A stretch of 28,838 nucleotides of DNA from Gemmatimonadota bacterium (GTDB taxonomy: Bacteria > Latescibacterota > UBA2968 > UBA8231). Made by a program: the position numbers and the translations under genes. The stretch's first letter is position 1; every line of letters starts with the position of its first letter. The stretch covers positions 1 through 28,838 of the forward strand of contig JAYPJE010000010.1 of NCBI GenBank assembly GCA_038128265.1. Reading direction: 5' to 3'. The notes under the pieces were generated by a model. It did no database searches. It saw only the letters and a program-made list of their open reading frames with translations, and was not told the origin of the DNA. Below are positions 8,997-16,903 of this stretch, one piece after another.

Positions 8997-9109
8997 TCTA
9001 ATAAACAAGAAAAGGACCTGCCTTTGCCAAGCAAAAGCAGCCCCATTCAGCCTGAGCAGGCAGTCTTATGCACAGCTGCTCTGCCCTAACTCACGAGGAG
9101 GAACCCATT

Positions 9110-10756
9110 GTGCGTACGCTCTTAATTATAAGTATCTCAGCCCTTTTGCCGTGGGCTGCAGTGGCAGCCACCGTCGACGTCACCGATGCCGACATCGCTC
9201 CCAATGCCAACGTCGTCTGGACCGCGGATAACGAATACATTCTCAACGGTCTCGTATTCGTCGACCCGGGCGCGACGCTTACGATTGAGCCTGGCACCGT
9301 CATCAAGGGGAAACCGGGACAGGGCGAAAACTCTTCGGCCCTTGTCGTTGCACGCGGCGGTAAAATATTTGCCAACGGCACAGCGGGGCAGCCGATTATT
9401 TTCACCGCTGAATCCGATGATGTGAACGATCTCAACGACCTGCCGCTGGATGCGCGCGGCCTGTGGGGCGGCGTTATTATCCTCGGTAGTGCCGGGCTAA
9501 ACTCCGAGCCGGGCGAAACGCCCATTGAGGGTATTCCCACAACCGAGCCCCGCGGCCTGTACGGTGGCAGTGACGATGCCGATAACTCGGGCATCTTTCG
9601 CTACGTGTCCATCCGCCACGGCGGCACCGACATCGGCGCCGGCAACGAGATTAACGGACTGACTATGGGCGGCGTTGGCTCGGGCACCGTCATTGAATAC
9701 GTCGAGGTATACAACAACAAGGACGACGGTTTCGAGTGGTTTGGCGGGACTGTAAACACCAAGTATCTGGTTTCGGCCTTCAACGGCGACGATGCCTTCG
9801 ACTACGACGAGGGGTTTCGCGGCAAGGGCCAGTTCTGGTTTGTCATTCAAGATGCCGAGACGGGCAACCGCGCTGGCGAACACGACGGCGGTACGACACC
9901 CGAAGACGGCACCCCCTATGCGACCCCCGCCATCTACAATGCCACCTACATCGGCTCGGGTGAGTTTTCCACCAACGGCGACAACGATACCGTGCTGGAA
10001 ATCCGCGATAACGCCGGCGGTCACTACGTCAATAGCATTTTTACCGACTTTGCCAACGAGGGCATTGACGTCGAGGACTTGGATTCGGGCGAAGACAGCC
10101 GCAGCCGTCTCGAAGCGGGTGATCTCAGGTTGGCTAACAATATCTGGTGGGGCTTTGGCGCCGGCAACGACTTGGCGGCCATCGCACCCGACGACTTTGT
10201 AGCCGAGCACCTGGCAGCCAACGAAAATCGCATTGTCGACCCGATGCTCAACGGCATCTCGCGCGAGCGCGACGGCGGGCTCGACCCCCGCCCGCAGGCT
10301 AGCGGCCCGGCCTTTGGCGGTTTTGCCTCCACCCCCGATGACGGATTCTACACCGCCGTCGACTACGTCGGCGCCTTTGGCAGCCGCCTGTGGACCCAGG
10401 GATGGACTTTTCTTTCACAGGCCGGCATCATGGCCATCGACACATCGGCTGCCACGGTTGTAGCCGAAGAGTCCGCCACTGGATCTATTCCCTCGGCCTT
10501 TGCCCTGGATCAAAACCATCCCAACCCCTTTAACCCGAGCACGACCATTAGTTATTCGGTCGCAACCTCTGGTTATGTCTCTCTGAAGCTATACGATGCA
10601 GTGGGACAGCAGGTAGCCAATCTAGTCGACGGCAGTCGCCGCGCCGGCACCTACCAGGTGCGCCTCGACGCCTCCGACCTTTCCACCGGCATCTACTTCT
10701 ACCAGCTGCGGGCTGGAGGACAAATAATCAATCGCAAAATGACGCTGATGAAGTAA
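9110..10756 (+). CDS. Secreted Asp/Gly-rich putative beta-helix protein with a T9SS type-A-like C-terminal sorting domain
   Basis: GTG 9110 follows a GAGGAGG RBS and gives the signal peptide MRTLLIISISALLPWAAVAA. Core motifs GLWGGVIILG, YGGSDDADNSG, EINGLTMGGVG, DDGFEWFGG and DDAFDYDEG. C-terminal tail QNHPNPFNPSTTISY...STGIYFYQL...RKMTLMK. Confidence 0.85.
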   Translation: MRTLLIISISALLPWAAVAATVDVTDADIAPNANVVWTADNEYILNGLVFVDPGATLTIEPGTVIKGKPGQGENSSALVVARGGKIFANGTAGQPIIFTAESDDVNDLNDLPLDARGLWGGVIILGSAGLNSEPGETPIEGIPTTEPRGLYGGSDDADNSGIFRYVSIRHGGTDIGAGNEINGLTMGGVGSGTVIEYVEVYNNKDDGFEWFGGTVNTKYLVSAFNGDDAFDYDEGFRGKGQFWFVIQDAETGNRAGEHDGGTTPEDGTPYATPAIYNATYIGSGEFSTNGDNDTVLEIRDNAGGHYVNSIFTDFANEGIDVEDLDSGEDSRSRLEAGDLRLANNIWWGFGAGNDLAAIAPDDFVAEHLAANENRIVDPMLNGISRERDGGLDPRPQASGPAFGGFASTPDDGFYTAVDYVGAFGSRLWTQGWTFLSQAGIMAIDTSAATVVAEESATGSIPSAFALDQNHPNPFNPSTTISYSVATSGYVSLKLYDAVGQQVANLVDGSRRAGTYQVRLDASDLSTGIYFYQLRAGGQIINRKMTLMK

Positions 10757-10780
10757 GCAATTTTTCTGGACACAACAGAG

Positions 10781-10816
10781 AGGGGGCAGGCCGTTCACAT
10801 GCGGCCTGCCCCCTTT
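10781..10816. terminator. Stem-loop terminator between the convergent secreted-protein gene and glgC
   Basis: Perfect 13-bp stem AGGGGGCAGGCCG / CGGCCTGCCCCCT followed by TT. Confidence 0.75.
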
Positions 10817-10835
10817 CCCTTGTAGCTTTGTTCAA

Positions 10836-12119
10836 TTAAATAACGGTACCTGGCTCGATCACCGCGTCTTTGGGCACGACGACGATCCCGTCGCGAATGT
10901 AGAAACTCTCGCCTTCCCCCTCGCGCACCCCCTCGGCGTTTTGAATCAGCACGCGTTCCCCAATGCGCGCATTCTTGTCGATGATCGCCCGGTTAATCGT
11001 CGAATTGGCCCCAATGCCGACATTGGGCGTTCCCCGGGCTCCGTTGCGTTCGATATCTATGGGCCGTTCGTAGAAGTCGGCACCCATAATCACCGAGTTA
11101 AAGACCTTAGCTCCCGGACCGATAATGCTACGAATCCCGATAATCGAGCGCTGAATCTGCGCGTCGGTTATGTAAGAGCCCTCCGCGATAATCCCGTTCT
11201 CTATGCGACAGCTCTCGAGGCGCGCCCCGGCCAAGAACCGCGCGTGCGTATAGACCGGCGCATCGGGCTGGTAGAAATCAAAGGCCGGTCGCGAGTCCGT
11301 CAGGGCTAGGTTGGCTTCGTAAAAGGAACGTATCGTTCCGATGTCTTCCCAATACCCAGAAAACGTATGAGCAAAAACGTTGACCTTCTTAATCGCTTCG
11401 GGAATAATGTGCTTGCCAAAATCGTCGCGATCGTCCCCCATCAGCAGGCTGATAAGCACCTGCGGTTCAAAGATGTAGATGCCCATGGAGGCCATGTAGA
11501 CCTCGTCCGGATTGGCACTGGGCGACTCGGGCAGCCGCAGCGCTTCCAGCTGCTCTTCCGTCTGCGGCTTCTCGACAAAGTCAACGATGCGCCCTTCGCC
11601 ATCGACCTTGAGTATGCCCAGGCCCGGTGCTTCCTCTCGGGTGACCGGCTTTACCGCAATGGATACATCGGATCCGCGCTCTCGATGCTCGGCAACAAAG
11701 CGGGCGTAGTCCATGCGGTAGAGATGATCACCGGAAAGAATGAGCACCTGCTCGGCGCTGCGCGAGAGAATGCGCCGCAGCTGCCGGCGCACGGCATCGG
11801 CCGTTCCCTGATACCAATCGGTGCTTTCCTGCGTCTGCTCTGCGGCCAGAATTTCTACGTAGCCATCGGAGAATTGATCAAAGCGGTAGGTCCAGCTGAT
11901 GTGGCGGTGCAGCGATGCGGAGTTGAACTGCGTCAGGACAAACATCCGATTGATGCCAGAGTGAATGCAATTACTTATGGGAATATCAATGAGCCTATAC
12001 TTACCCCCGATCGGCACGGCGGGCTTGGATCGGTACTCCGTAAGGGGAAACAGACGAGACCCTTGTCCCCCGCCGAGAATAAGCCCTACTACATCCTTCA
12101 TATTAGCCTGCGCCAGCAT
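10836..12119 (-). CDS. glgC: Glucose-1-phosphate adenylyltransferase (ADP-glucose pyrophosphorylase)
   Basis: ILGGGQGSRLFPLT..RSKPAVPIGGKYRLIDIP, WYQGTADAVR, ASMGIYIF, YWEDIGTI and C-terminal hexapeptide repeats. Confidence 0.97.
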   Translation of the reverse strand: MLAQANMKDVVGLILGGGQGSRLFPLTEYRSKPAVPIGGKYRLIDIPISNCIHSGINRMFVLTQFNSASLHRHISWTYRFDQFSDGYVEILAAEQTQESTDWYQGTADAVRRQLRRILSRSAEQVLILSGDHLYRMDYARFVAEHRERGSDVSIAVKPVTREEAPGLGILKVDGEGRIVDFVEKPQTEEQLEALRLPESPSANPDEVYMASMGIYIFEPQVLISLLMGDDRDDFGKHIIPEAIKKVNVFAHTFSGYWEDIGTIRSFYEANLALTDSRPAFDFYQPDAPVYTHARFLAGARLESCRIENGIIAEGSYITDAQIQRSIIGIRSIIGPGAKVFNSVIMGADFYERPIDIERNGARGTPNVGIGANSTINRAIIDKNARIGERVLIQNAEGVREGEGESFYIRDGIVVVPKDAVIEPGTVI

Positions 12120-12201
12120 AGGTTACCCCCCCAGTGAAGCGCGCTGAAATCTGCAAAAACACCGCAACAGAATATGCATAAAATCTCGACAAAGCCAAGT
12201 T

Positions 12202-13830
12202 TTAGTAACGGATTTTGCGCAGAGCTGAACGCAGGGCCGCATCGCTCTGATAGGCATCCTCGCGCAGGTGCAGCAACCCATCCATATCGACCCAGGCCGT
12301 CCAATAGAGGACAAAAACCGGTAGCGGTTTGGCCAGGGCAATCCGGCGATTCTCTCCCCTTTCAACAAGGTCTTCTAGAGCGGCCTCGCTCCAACCGTCC
12401 AACACCATTGCCGACAGCAATAGGCTATCCTCTACGCGAATACACCCATGGCTAAATTCGCGTTTCGCACGCTCGAATAATTGCTGGTTGGGCGTGTCGT
12501 GCACGTAGATGGAATATGGATTTGCGAAGACCAATTTTACCTTGCCTAGCGGATTCGACCCGCCTGGTTTCTGAGTGAAGCGATAGTCGAAATCCGCGGC
12601 ACTCAGCTGAGACCAGCGTACCTGCTGCGGGTTCACCGAACGCGCCTGCACGCCCTCTCCTCTGCTCAGGAGTATTCCACTGCGCTCTAGGTAGGCTGGA
12701 TCTTGCTGAAGTATCGGCAGGATTTCGGCTACGGCAATGCTGCGCGGCACGTACCAATAGGGGTTTACCACAACCTCCGTCATACGCGCGCTGAAGATGG
12801 GCGTGCGCCAAAATTCGCTGCCGACGATGGCACGTGCCGTGTGCACGCGCTGTCCGCCAGAAACCATATCTACCGCGTAGTCGTCGAGCCGAACGAGCAA
12901 ATAGCGCGCATCCACATCGTGTGGGAGCCAGCGCCAGCGCTCCATATTGATTTCAATTTGGGCGATTTGCTCGGCGATCGGACGATTGAGTGCGGCCAGC
13001 GTATCCTCGTCAAGCAGACCGTTTGGGTCCAGATGACGCCGCTTTTGAAAGCGGTACAGCGCATCGCGCTGCGACGAGCCTGAAGACCAGTCACCGCTCA
13101 TTTCTAGCCGCGCGCGCAAGCCCTCTCCCTGCGGCCCCACGCTGGGCCATCCACCGCTGGCTGCAATGGTTCGATAACGCCGCAGGGCATGCTGCAGGTT
13201 TCCATACCCCCTCTGCGGCGGGCGCAATTGGTCCAGCGCCGGACCCACCCGTTGGAGGTCGAGCGCCGTTTGCAGCAAATCAGCGATACCCCCCTGAACG
13301 TAGGGTGCCTCCCAAAAATCGTGCACAGTGCGCGGGTCGACCCGACCGCGCAGTAGGTGGCTGCCATAGAGTAAGAACGCATTGCTCAACAACAGGTCGA
13401 GTTCGACCAAGTCGCGCAGCGTCCTCTGCGCTGCATCTCCTTTGCGCCACGATAACAGTCGCTGGCCTATGGCGCTGGCCTGATAGACCGCCGGGCTGAG
13501 GCCGTCTTCATCTGCCCGTTCGACTATCCTATGCAGCACATCCGCCTGAGCACCTGGTCCGCTAGGCCCGCTCCAAGCCAGGCGGTCGCCTCGCTGCATG
13601 TAAAAGGTGGAGAGTCCCGGCGCTGCCGGCATCAACCGACCGTCCATAAGCACCTCTCCTCCCCGAATCTGTGCCCGCAGCACCTCTGCCGACTGCGCAC
13701 TCCAATCAACCAGAGATGGAACACCGCGCCCGCAGCCAAATACCAGACTGAGCGCCCATAATAACCCGATGTATCCCTTCGGCAAACCGACCCCCAATAG
13801 GCAAGCATAGCGCTGGCTATGACACCGCAC
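12202..13830 (-). CDS. L,D-transpeptidase of the YcbB/LdtD type (scaffold, PG-binding and YkuD domains), probable lipoprotein; start uncertain
   Basis: INMERWRWLP, NPYWYVPRSI, NPLGKVK and catalytic HDTP...FSHGCIRV. Lipobox-like LVFGC. Confidence 0.9.
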   Translation of the reverse strand: MRCHSQRYACLLGVGLPKGYIGLLWALSLVFGCGRGVPSLVDWSAQSAEVLRAQIRGGEVLMDGRLMPAAPGLSTFYMQRGDRLAWSGPSGPGAQADVLHRIVERADEDGLSPAVYQASAIGQRLLSWRKGDAAQRTLRDLVELDLLLSNAFLLYGSHLLRGRVDPRTVHDFWEAPYVQGGIADLLQTALDLQRVGPALDQLRPPQRGYGNLQHALRRYRTIAASGGWPSVGPQGEGLRARLEMSGDWSSGSSQRDALYRFQKRRHLDPNGLLDEDTLAALNRPIAEQIAQIEINMERWRWLPHDVDARYLLVRLDDYAVDMVSGGQRVHTARAIVGSEFWRTPIFSARMTEVVVNPYWYVPRSIAVAEILPILQQDPAYLERSGILLSRGEGVQARSVNPQQVRWSQLSAADFDYRFTQKPGGSNPLGKVKLVFANPYSIYVHDTPNQQLFERAKREFSHGCIRVEDSLLLSAMVLDGWSEAALEDLVERGENRRIALAKPLPVFVLYWTAWVDMDGLLHLREDAYQSDAALRSALRKIRY

Positions 13831-14114
13831 ACGGCCAGCGAAATAGCGCCGTAAAGCGTTGTTATACGTGGCCGAAAAACGCTGCGAAATCGATGACTGC
13901 AGAGCGAACGGTCAGAAGAATTCAACCGGACTGCGCTGGAGGGGACGGACTCGTTGACACCCGATGGGGTCGCCGTCGACGGACGCAATCCCAGGGTGCG
14001 GCAACCGCATCGCGCAGCACGCAGCGACGCACCGTTATCCCTCCTCGACCCCATCTGCCACACGCCGCCGCCGCCGCACACACCCCCGATCATCTATCCC
14101 TCCCAATATAACAC

Positions 14115-14143
14115 TTGCCGCCTCAACCTGGAGGCTGTACCTT
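14115..14143 (+). promoter_or_regulatory. Possible sigma70 promoter of the EamA-SDR pair
   Basis: TTGCCG, 17 nt, TACCTT, located upstream of a GAGGA RBS. Confidence 0.35.
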
Positions 14144-14187
14144 CGCCCCCTTTATCTCACCCCCTCCCCTATTGAGGAACACTTTCC

Positions 14188-15015
14188 GTGCTGTGGCTTA
14201 TACCCGTCGTTCTACTGAGTTTTGGCTTTGGCCAGCTCTTTAAATGGTCGCAGCGCCAGGGACACAGTGCGCCGGTGGTCATCGCCACCAATTACCTCGT
14301 TCTCGCCTCCATTCTATTCACCTATTTCTGGTCCAGCGACCAATGGCAGCCCAGTGCACAAGCGCTGCAAATAGGAGCGGTCACGGGCGTATTCTTTATC
14401 GCATCTATGCTCACGATGACCCACGCGCTGACGCGCATCGAAGCTGGACCAACCCTAACCTCATTCCGCCTGGCCATCATCGTTCCGATTTTTGCCGGGG
14501 CGCTGCTGTGGGGCGAAACCGTTAGCGAGAGTCAGCTAGTCGGCATCGCCTTGGCCCTGGCAAGCCTCGTCCTGCTGAGTTGGCGATCGGGCGGAAAGGC
14601 CCGGTCGGGCGGTGCGCAGCTCATCGTTCTTATCTTTGTGCTACAGGGACTCAGCATGTGCTGTTTGCACTGGGTACATCACGCGGACCTCGATCCAGAG
14701 CGTCTGCACGTGCTGATGGTTACAGCGGCAACCGCTGGCGCTTTGGGCCTTGCCTATATTGCTCTGCGCCGCCTGCCCATACGCCGAGAGGCTCTGTTGA
14801 CCGGTGCAGGCATCGGCGTATTCAACCTCGCTGCGCTCTCCGTATCGCTGACGGGACTGGCGCACATACAGGGAACCATCTTCTTTCCCATCAACGGCTG
14901 CGGCGTCGTCCTGCTCGACAATCTCTTTGCACACTATGTGTGGAAGGAGCCGCTCGGACGCAGCGGCCTGTTCGGTGCCGCGCTGGGTGCTGCATCTATG
15001 CTCTTGATCGTCTAA
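14188..15015 (+). CDS. EamA/DMT-family membrane transporter
   Basis: About 10 hydrophobic helices in two repeats, with LLWGETVS and VWKEPL motifs typical of DMT proteins. Confidence 0.85.
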   Translation: MLWLIPVVLLSFGFGQLFKWSQRQGHSAPVVIATNYLVLASILFTYFWSSDQWQPSAQALQIGAVTGVFFIASMLTMTHALTRIEAGPTLTSFRLAIIVPIFAGALLWGETVSESQLVGIALALASLVLLSWRSGGKARSGGAQLIVLIFVLQGLSMCCLHWVHHADLDPERLHVLMVTAATAGALGLAYIALRRLPIRREALLTGAGIGVFNLAALSVSLTGLAHIQGTIFFPINGCGVVLLDNLFAHYVWKEPLGRSGLFGAALGAASMLLIV

Positions 15016-15032
15016 CTTGAAGAGGTATGTGA

Positions 15033-15767
15033 ATGACCGAAAGATTGCCCGATAAAGTGGCACTCGTCACTGGCGCGGGCCGGGGCATTGGCCGGGCTAT
15101 TGTACAGGTGCTGTCCGCCCAAGGAGCACGCATCGCCGCAGCCGATGTCGATTTGGATTCCCTGCAGCATCTCCCCTCCACGCTGCCTACCGAATGCATC
15201 ACCCTCGGCATGGATATCACTTCGCGCAGTGCCGTGCAGTCAGGCGTAGAAAGGACCATCGAGCACTTTGGACAGCTCGATGTACTGGTTAACAACGCCG
15301 GCTATCTCGTCTTTACTACCTACGAAGACTGCACGGAAGATGTGTGGGACCGCATTGTCGACGTCAATATGAAAGGGACATTCCTGTGTTGCCAGGCCGT
15401 CTTGCCGCATATGAAAGCACGCGGCCAGGGCGCCATCATCAATATGAGTTCGCTGGCCGCCAAGACCGGCGGCGTAGCGGCGGGCCCACCCTACGCAGCC
15501 TCCAAAGCCGGCATCAGTGCATTGACCATCGGCTTAGCCCGCACCGTCGCAGCACACGGAATTCGCGTCAATGCCATTGCCCCCGGCGTCATTGAGACGG
15601 CGATGACCGACTCGGCGCAGCATACCCCGCTTAAGGCCCAGATTCCCATTGGACACGTTGGACAACCTGAGGATGTGGCGCACTGCGCACTCTTCCTAGC
15701 CTCAGAAGAGGCGCGCCACATAACGGGCGAAATTATCGATGTCAACGGCGGGCTTTATATGGACTAA
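15033..15767 (+). CDS. Short-chain dehydrogenase/reductase (FabG-like)
   Basis: TGAGRGIG, NNAG, YAASK, VNAIAPG and ITGEIIDVNGG motifs. Confidence 0.95.
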   Translation: MTERLPDKVALVTGAGRGIGRAIVQVLSAQGARIAAADVDLDSLQHLPSTLPTECITLGMDITSRSAVQSGVERTIEHFGQLDVLVNNAGYLVFTTYEDCTEDVWDRIVDVNMKGTFLCCQAVLPHMKARGQGAIINMSSLAAKTGGVAAGPPYAASKAGISALTIGLARTVAAHGIRVNAIAPGVIETAMTDSAQHTPLKAQIPIGHVGQPEDVAHCALFLASEEARHITGEIIDVNGGLYMD

Positions 15768-16062
15768 GGCGCACCAACACTGGCGTGGTGGGCTGACCGA
15801 GGCGGCCAAGATCTACCATATAGCCGAGGCGGCAGACATCAAGTGCAGCCCGCACGGCAGACTCAACTCGGCCTATGGACAGCACTTTTGCTACGCCTTT
15901 CCCGAATGCGCTCTCTGCGAGTCCCACATAAGCACTCCGGTCGGCGTGCCGCTGGGAGAGATGGTCGCCATACCCGGCACGGCAGTGCCTAAAGACGGCT
16001 TCTTAGTGCCTTCGGATGCAGCCGGGTTTGGCTTGGAAATACCAGAGAAACGTGGATTGTAG
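15768..16062 (+). pseudogene. C-terminal remnant of a mandelate racemase / L-rhamnonate dehydratase-like enolase-superfamily gene
   Basis: WRGGLTEAAKIYHIAEAADIKCSPHG...GTAVPKDGFLVPSDAAGFGLEI resembles the last ~95 aa of MR/MLE enzymes. The N-terminal part is absent and there is no credible start. Confidence 0.7.
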
Positions 16063-16126
16063 AATGGAATCACGCCGCGGCGATCGGCGGTGATAGCGCA
16101 GTCCTGTAGGGAGCGCGGAGAATGCG

Positions 16127-16903
16127 CTAATAGCGACCGGCGGCTAAATCGCGCAGCAAGTCGGCGTAGGCCGCCTCACCCTCTTCTTCCCAAACGCGCA
16201 GCAGCTGTGAGCCGACGATGCCGATCTCAACGGTTCCCTGCAGGCGCTGTAGGTCGGCCCCGCTGCCCAGCCCAAAGCCGAGTGCCAGCGGCACGTCGGT
16301 GGCCTGCCGACAGCGTTCGACAAAGGCGAAGAGCTCCCGGTCTATTTCCGTTCTGCTGCCGGTAACGCCGCGCCGCGCTACGACGTAGACAAAACCAGCG
16401 GCATGCTGAGCGATTGCGGAAAGGCGCGCATCGGTGTTGGTCGGCGTCATCAGCTGAATAGGGTGCAGCTGGCGCTGGCGGCTCAGGTCAAAGAGCTCCT
16501 CGCCCTCTTCAACCGGTAGATCGGGCAGGATATAGCCGACCGCCCCCCGCTCTGCTAGCGTTTCGCAATAGGCGGTATGACCCAGCCGAAACGCCGTATT
16601 GTAATAGCCCATCATCAAATGCGGGAAGGCAAATGTTTGGGTAGAGCGCTGCATCAGGTCAAAATACTGCGACAGCGAAATGCCCTTTTCAAGCGCACTC
16701 TGGTTGGCGCGCGCAAAGGTCGGCCCATCGGCAACGGGCTCGCTGAAGGGCATTTGCAGCTCGACCAAATCGACGCCAACCTCACCCATAATTTCGAGCA
16801 TTCGCCAGTTTTCTTCCAACGAAGGGTACCCGGCGATCAGGTGGGTCATCAACAGAACCTTGCGATCCTCGAGACGCTCCTGAATATAGGCTTGCAAATT
16901 CAC
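16127..16903 (-). CDS. trpA: Tryptophan synthase alpha chain
   Basis: ELQMPFSEPVADGPT, ILPDLP, RRGVTG and LGFGL motifs. GTG start at 16903 overlaps the trpB stop (GTGA). Confidence 0.95.
   Translation of the reverse strand: MNLQAYIQERLEDRKVLLMTHLIAGYPSLEENWRMLEIMGEVGVDLVELQMPFSEPVADGPTFARANQSALEKGISLSQYFDLMQRSTQTFAFPHLMMGYYNTAFRLGHTAYCETLAERGAVGYILPDLPVEEGEELFDLSRQRQLHPIQLMTPTNTDARLSAIAQHAAGFVYVVARRGVTGSRTEIDRELFAFVERCRQATDVPLALGFGLGSGADLQRLQGTVEIGIVGSQLLRVWEEEGEAAYADLLRDLAAGRY

Noticed and set aside
9497..10210. 237-aa antisense ORF within the secreted-protein gene
   Set aside because: A shadow ORF expected from strong GC3 codon bias on the coding strand.
11367..12137. 256-aa antisense ORF over glgC
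   Set aside because: A shadow frame of a well-conserved gene, with no motifs.
13632..14093. 153-aa minus-strand ORF preceded by GGGAGG
   Set aside because: Low-complexity, Arg/Cys/Gly-rich sequence overlapping the L,D-transpeptidase out of frame by about 200 bp. A short leader peptide cannot be fully excluded.
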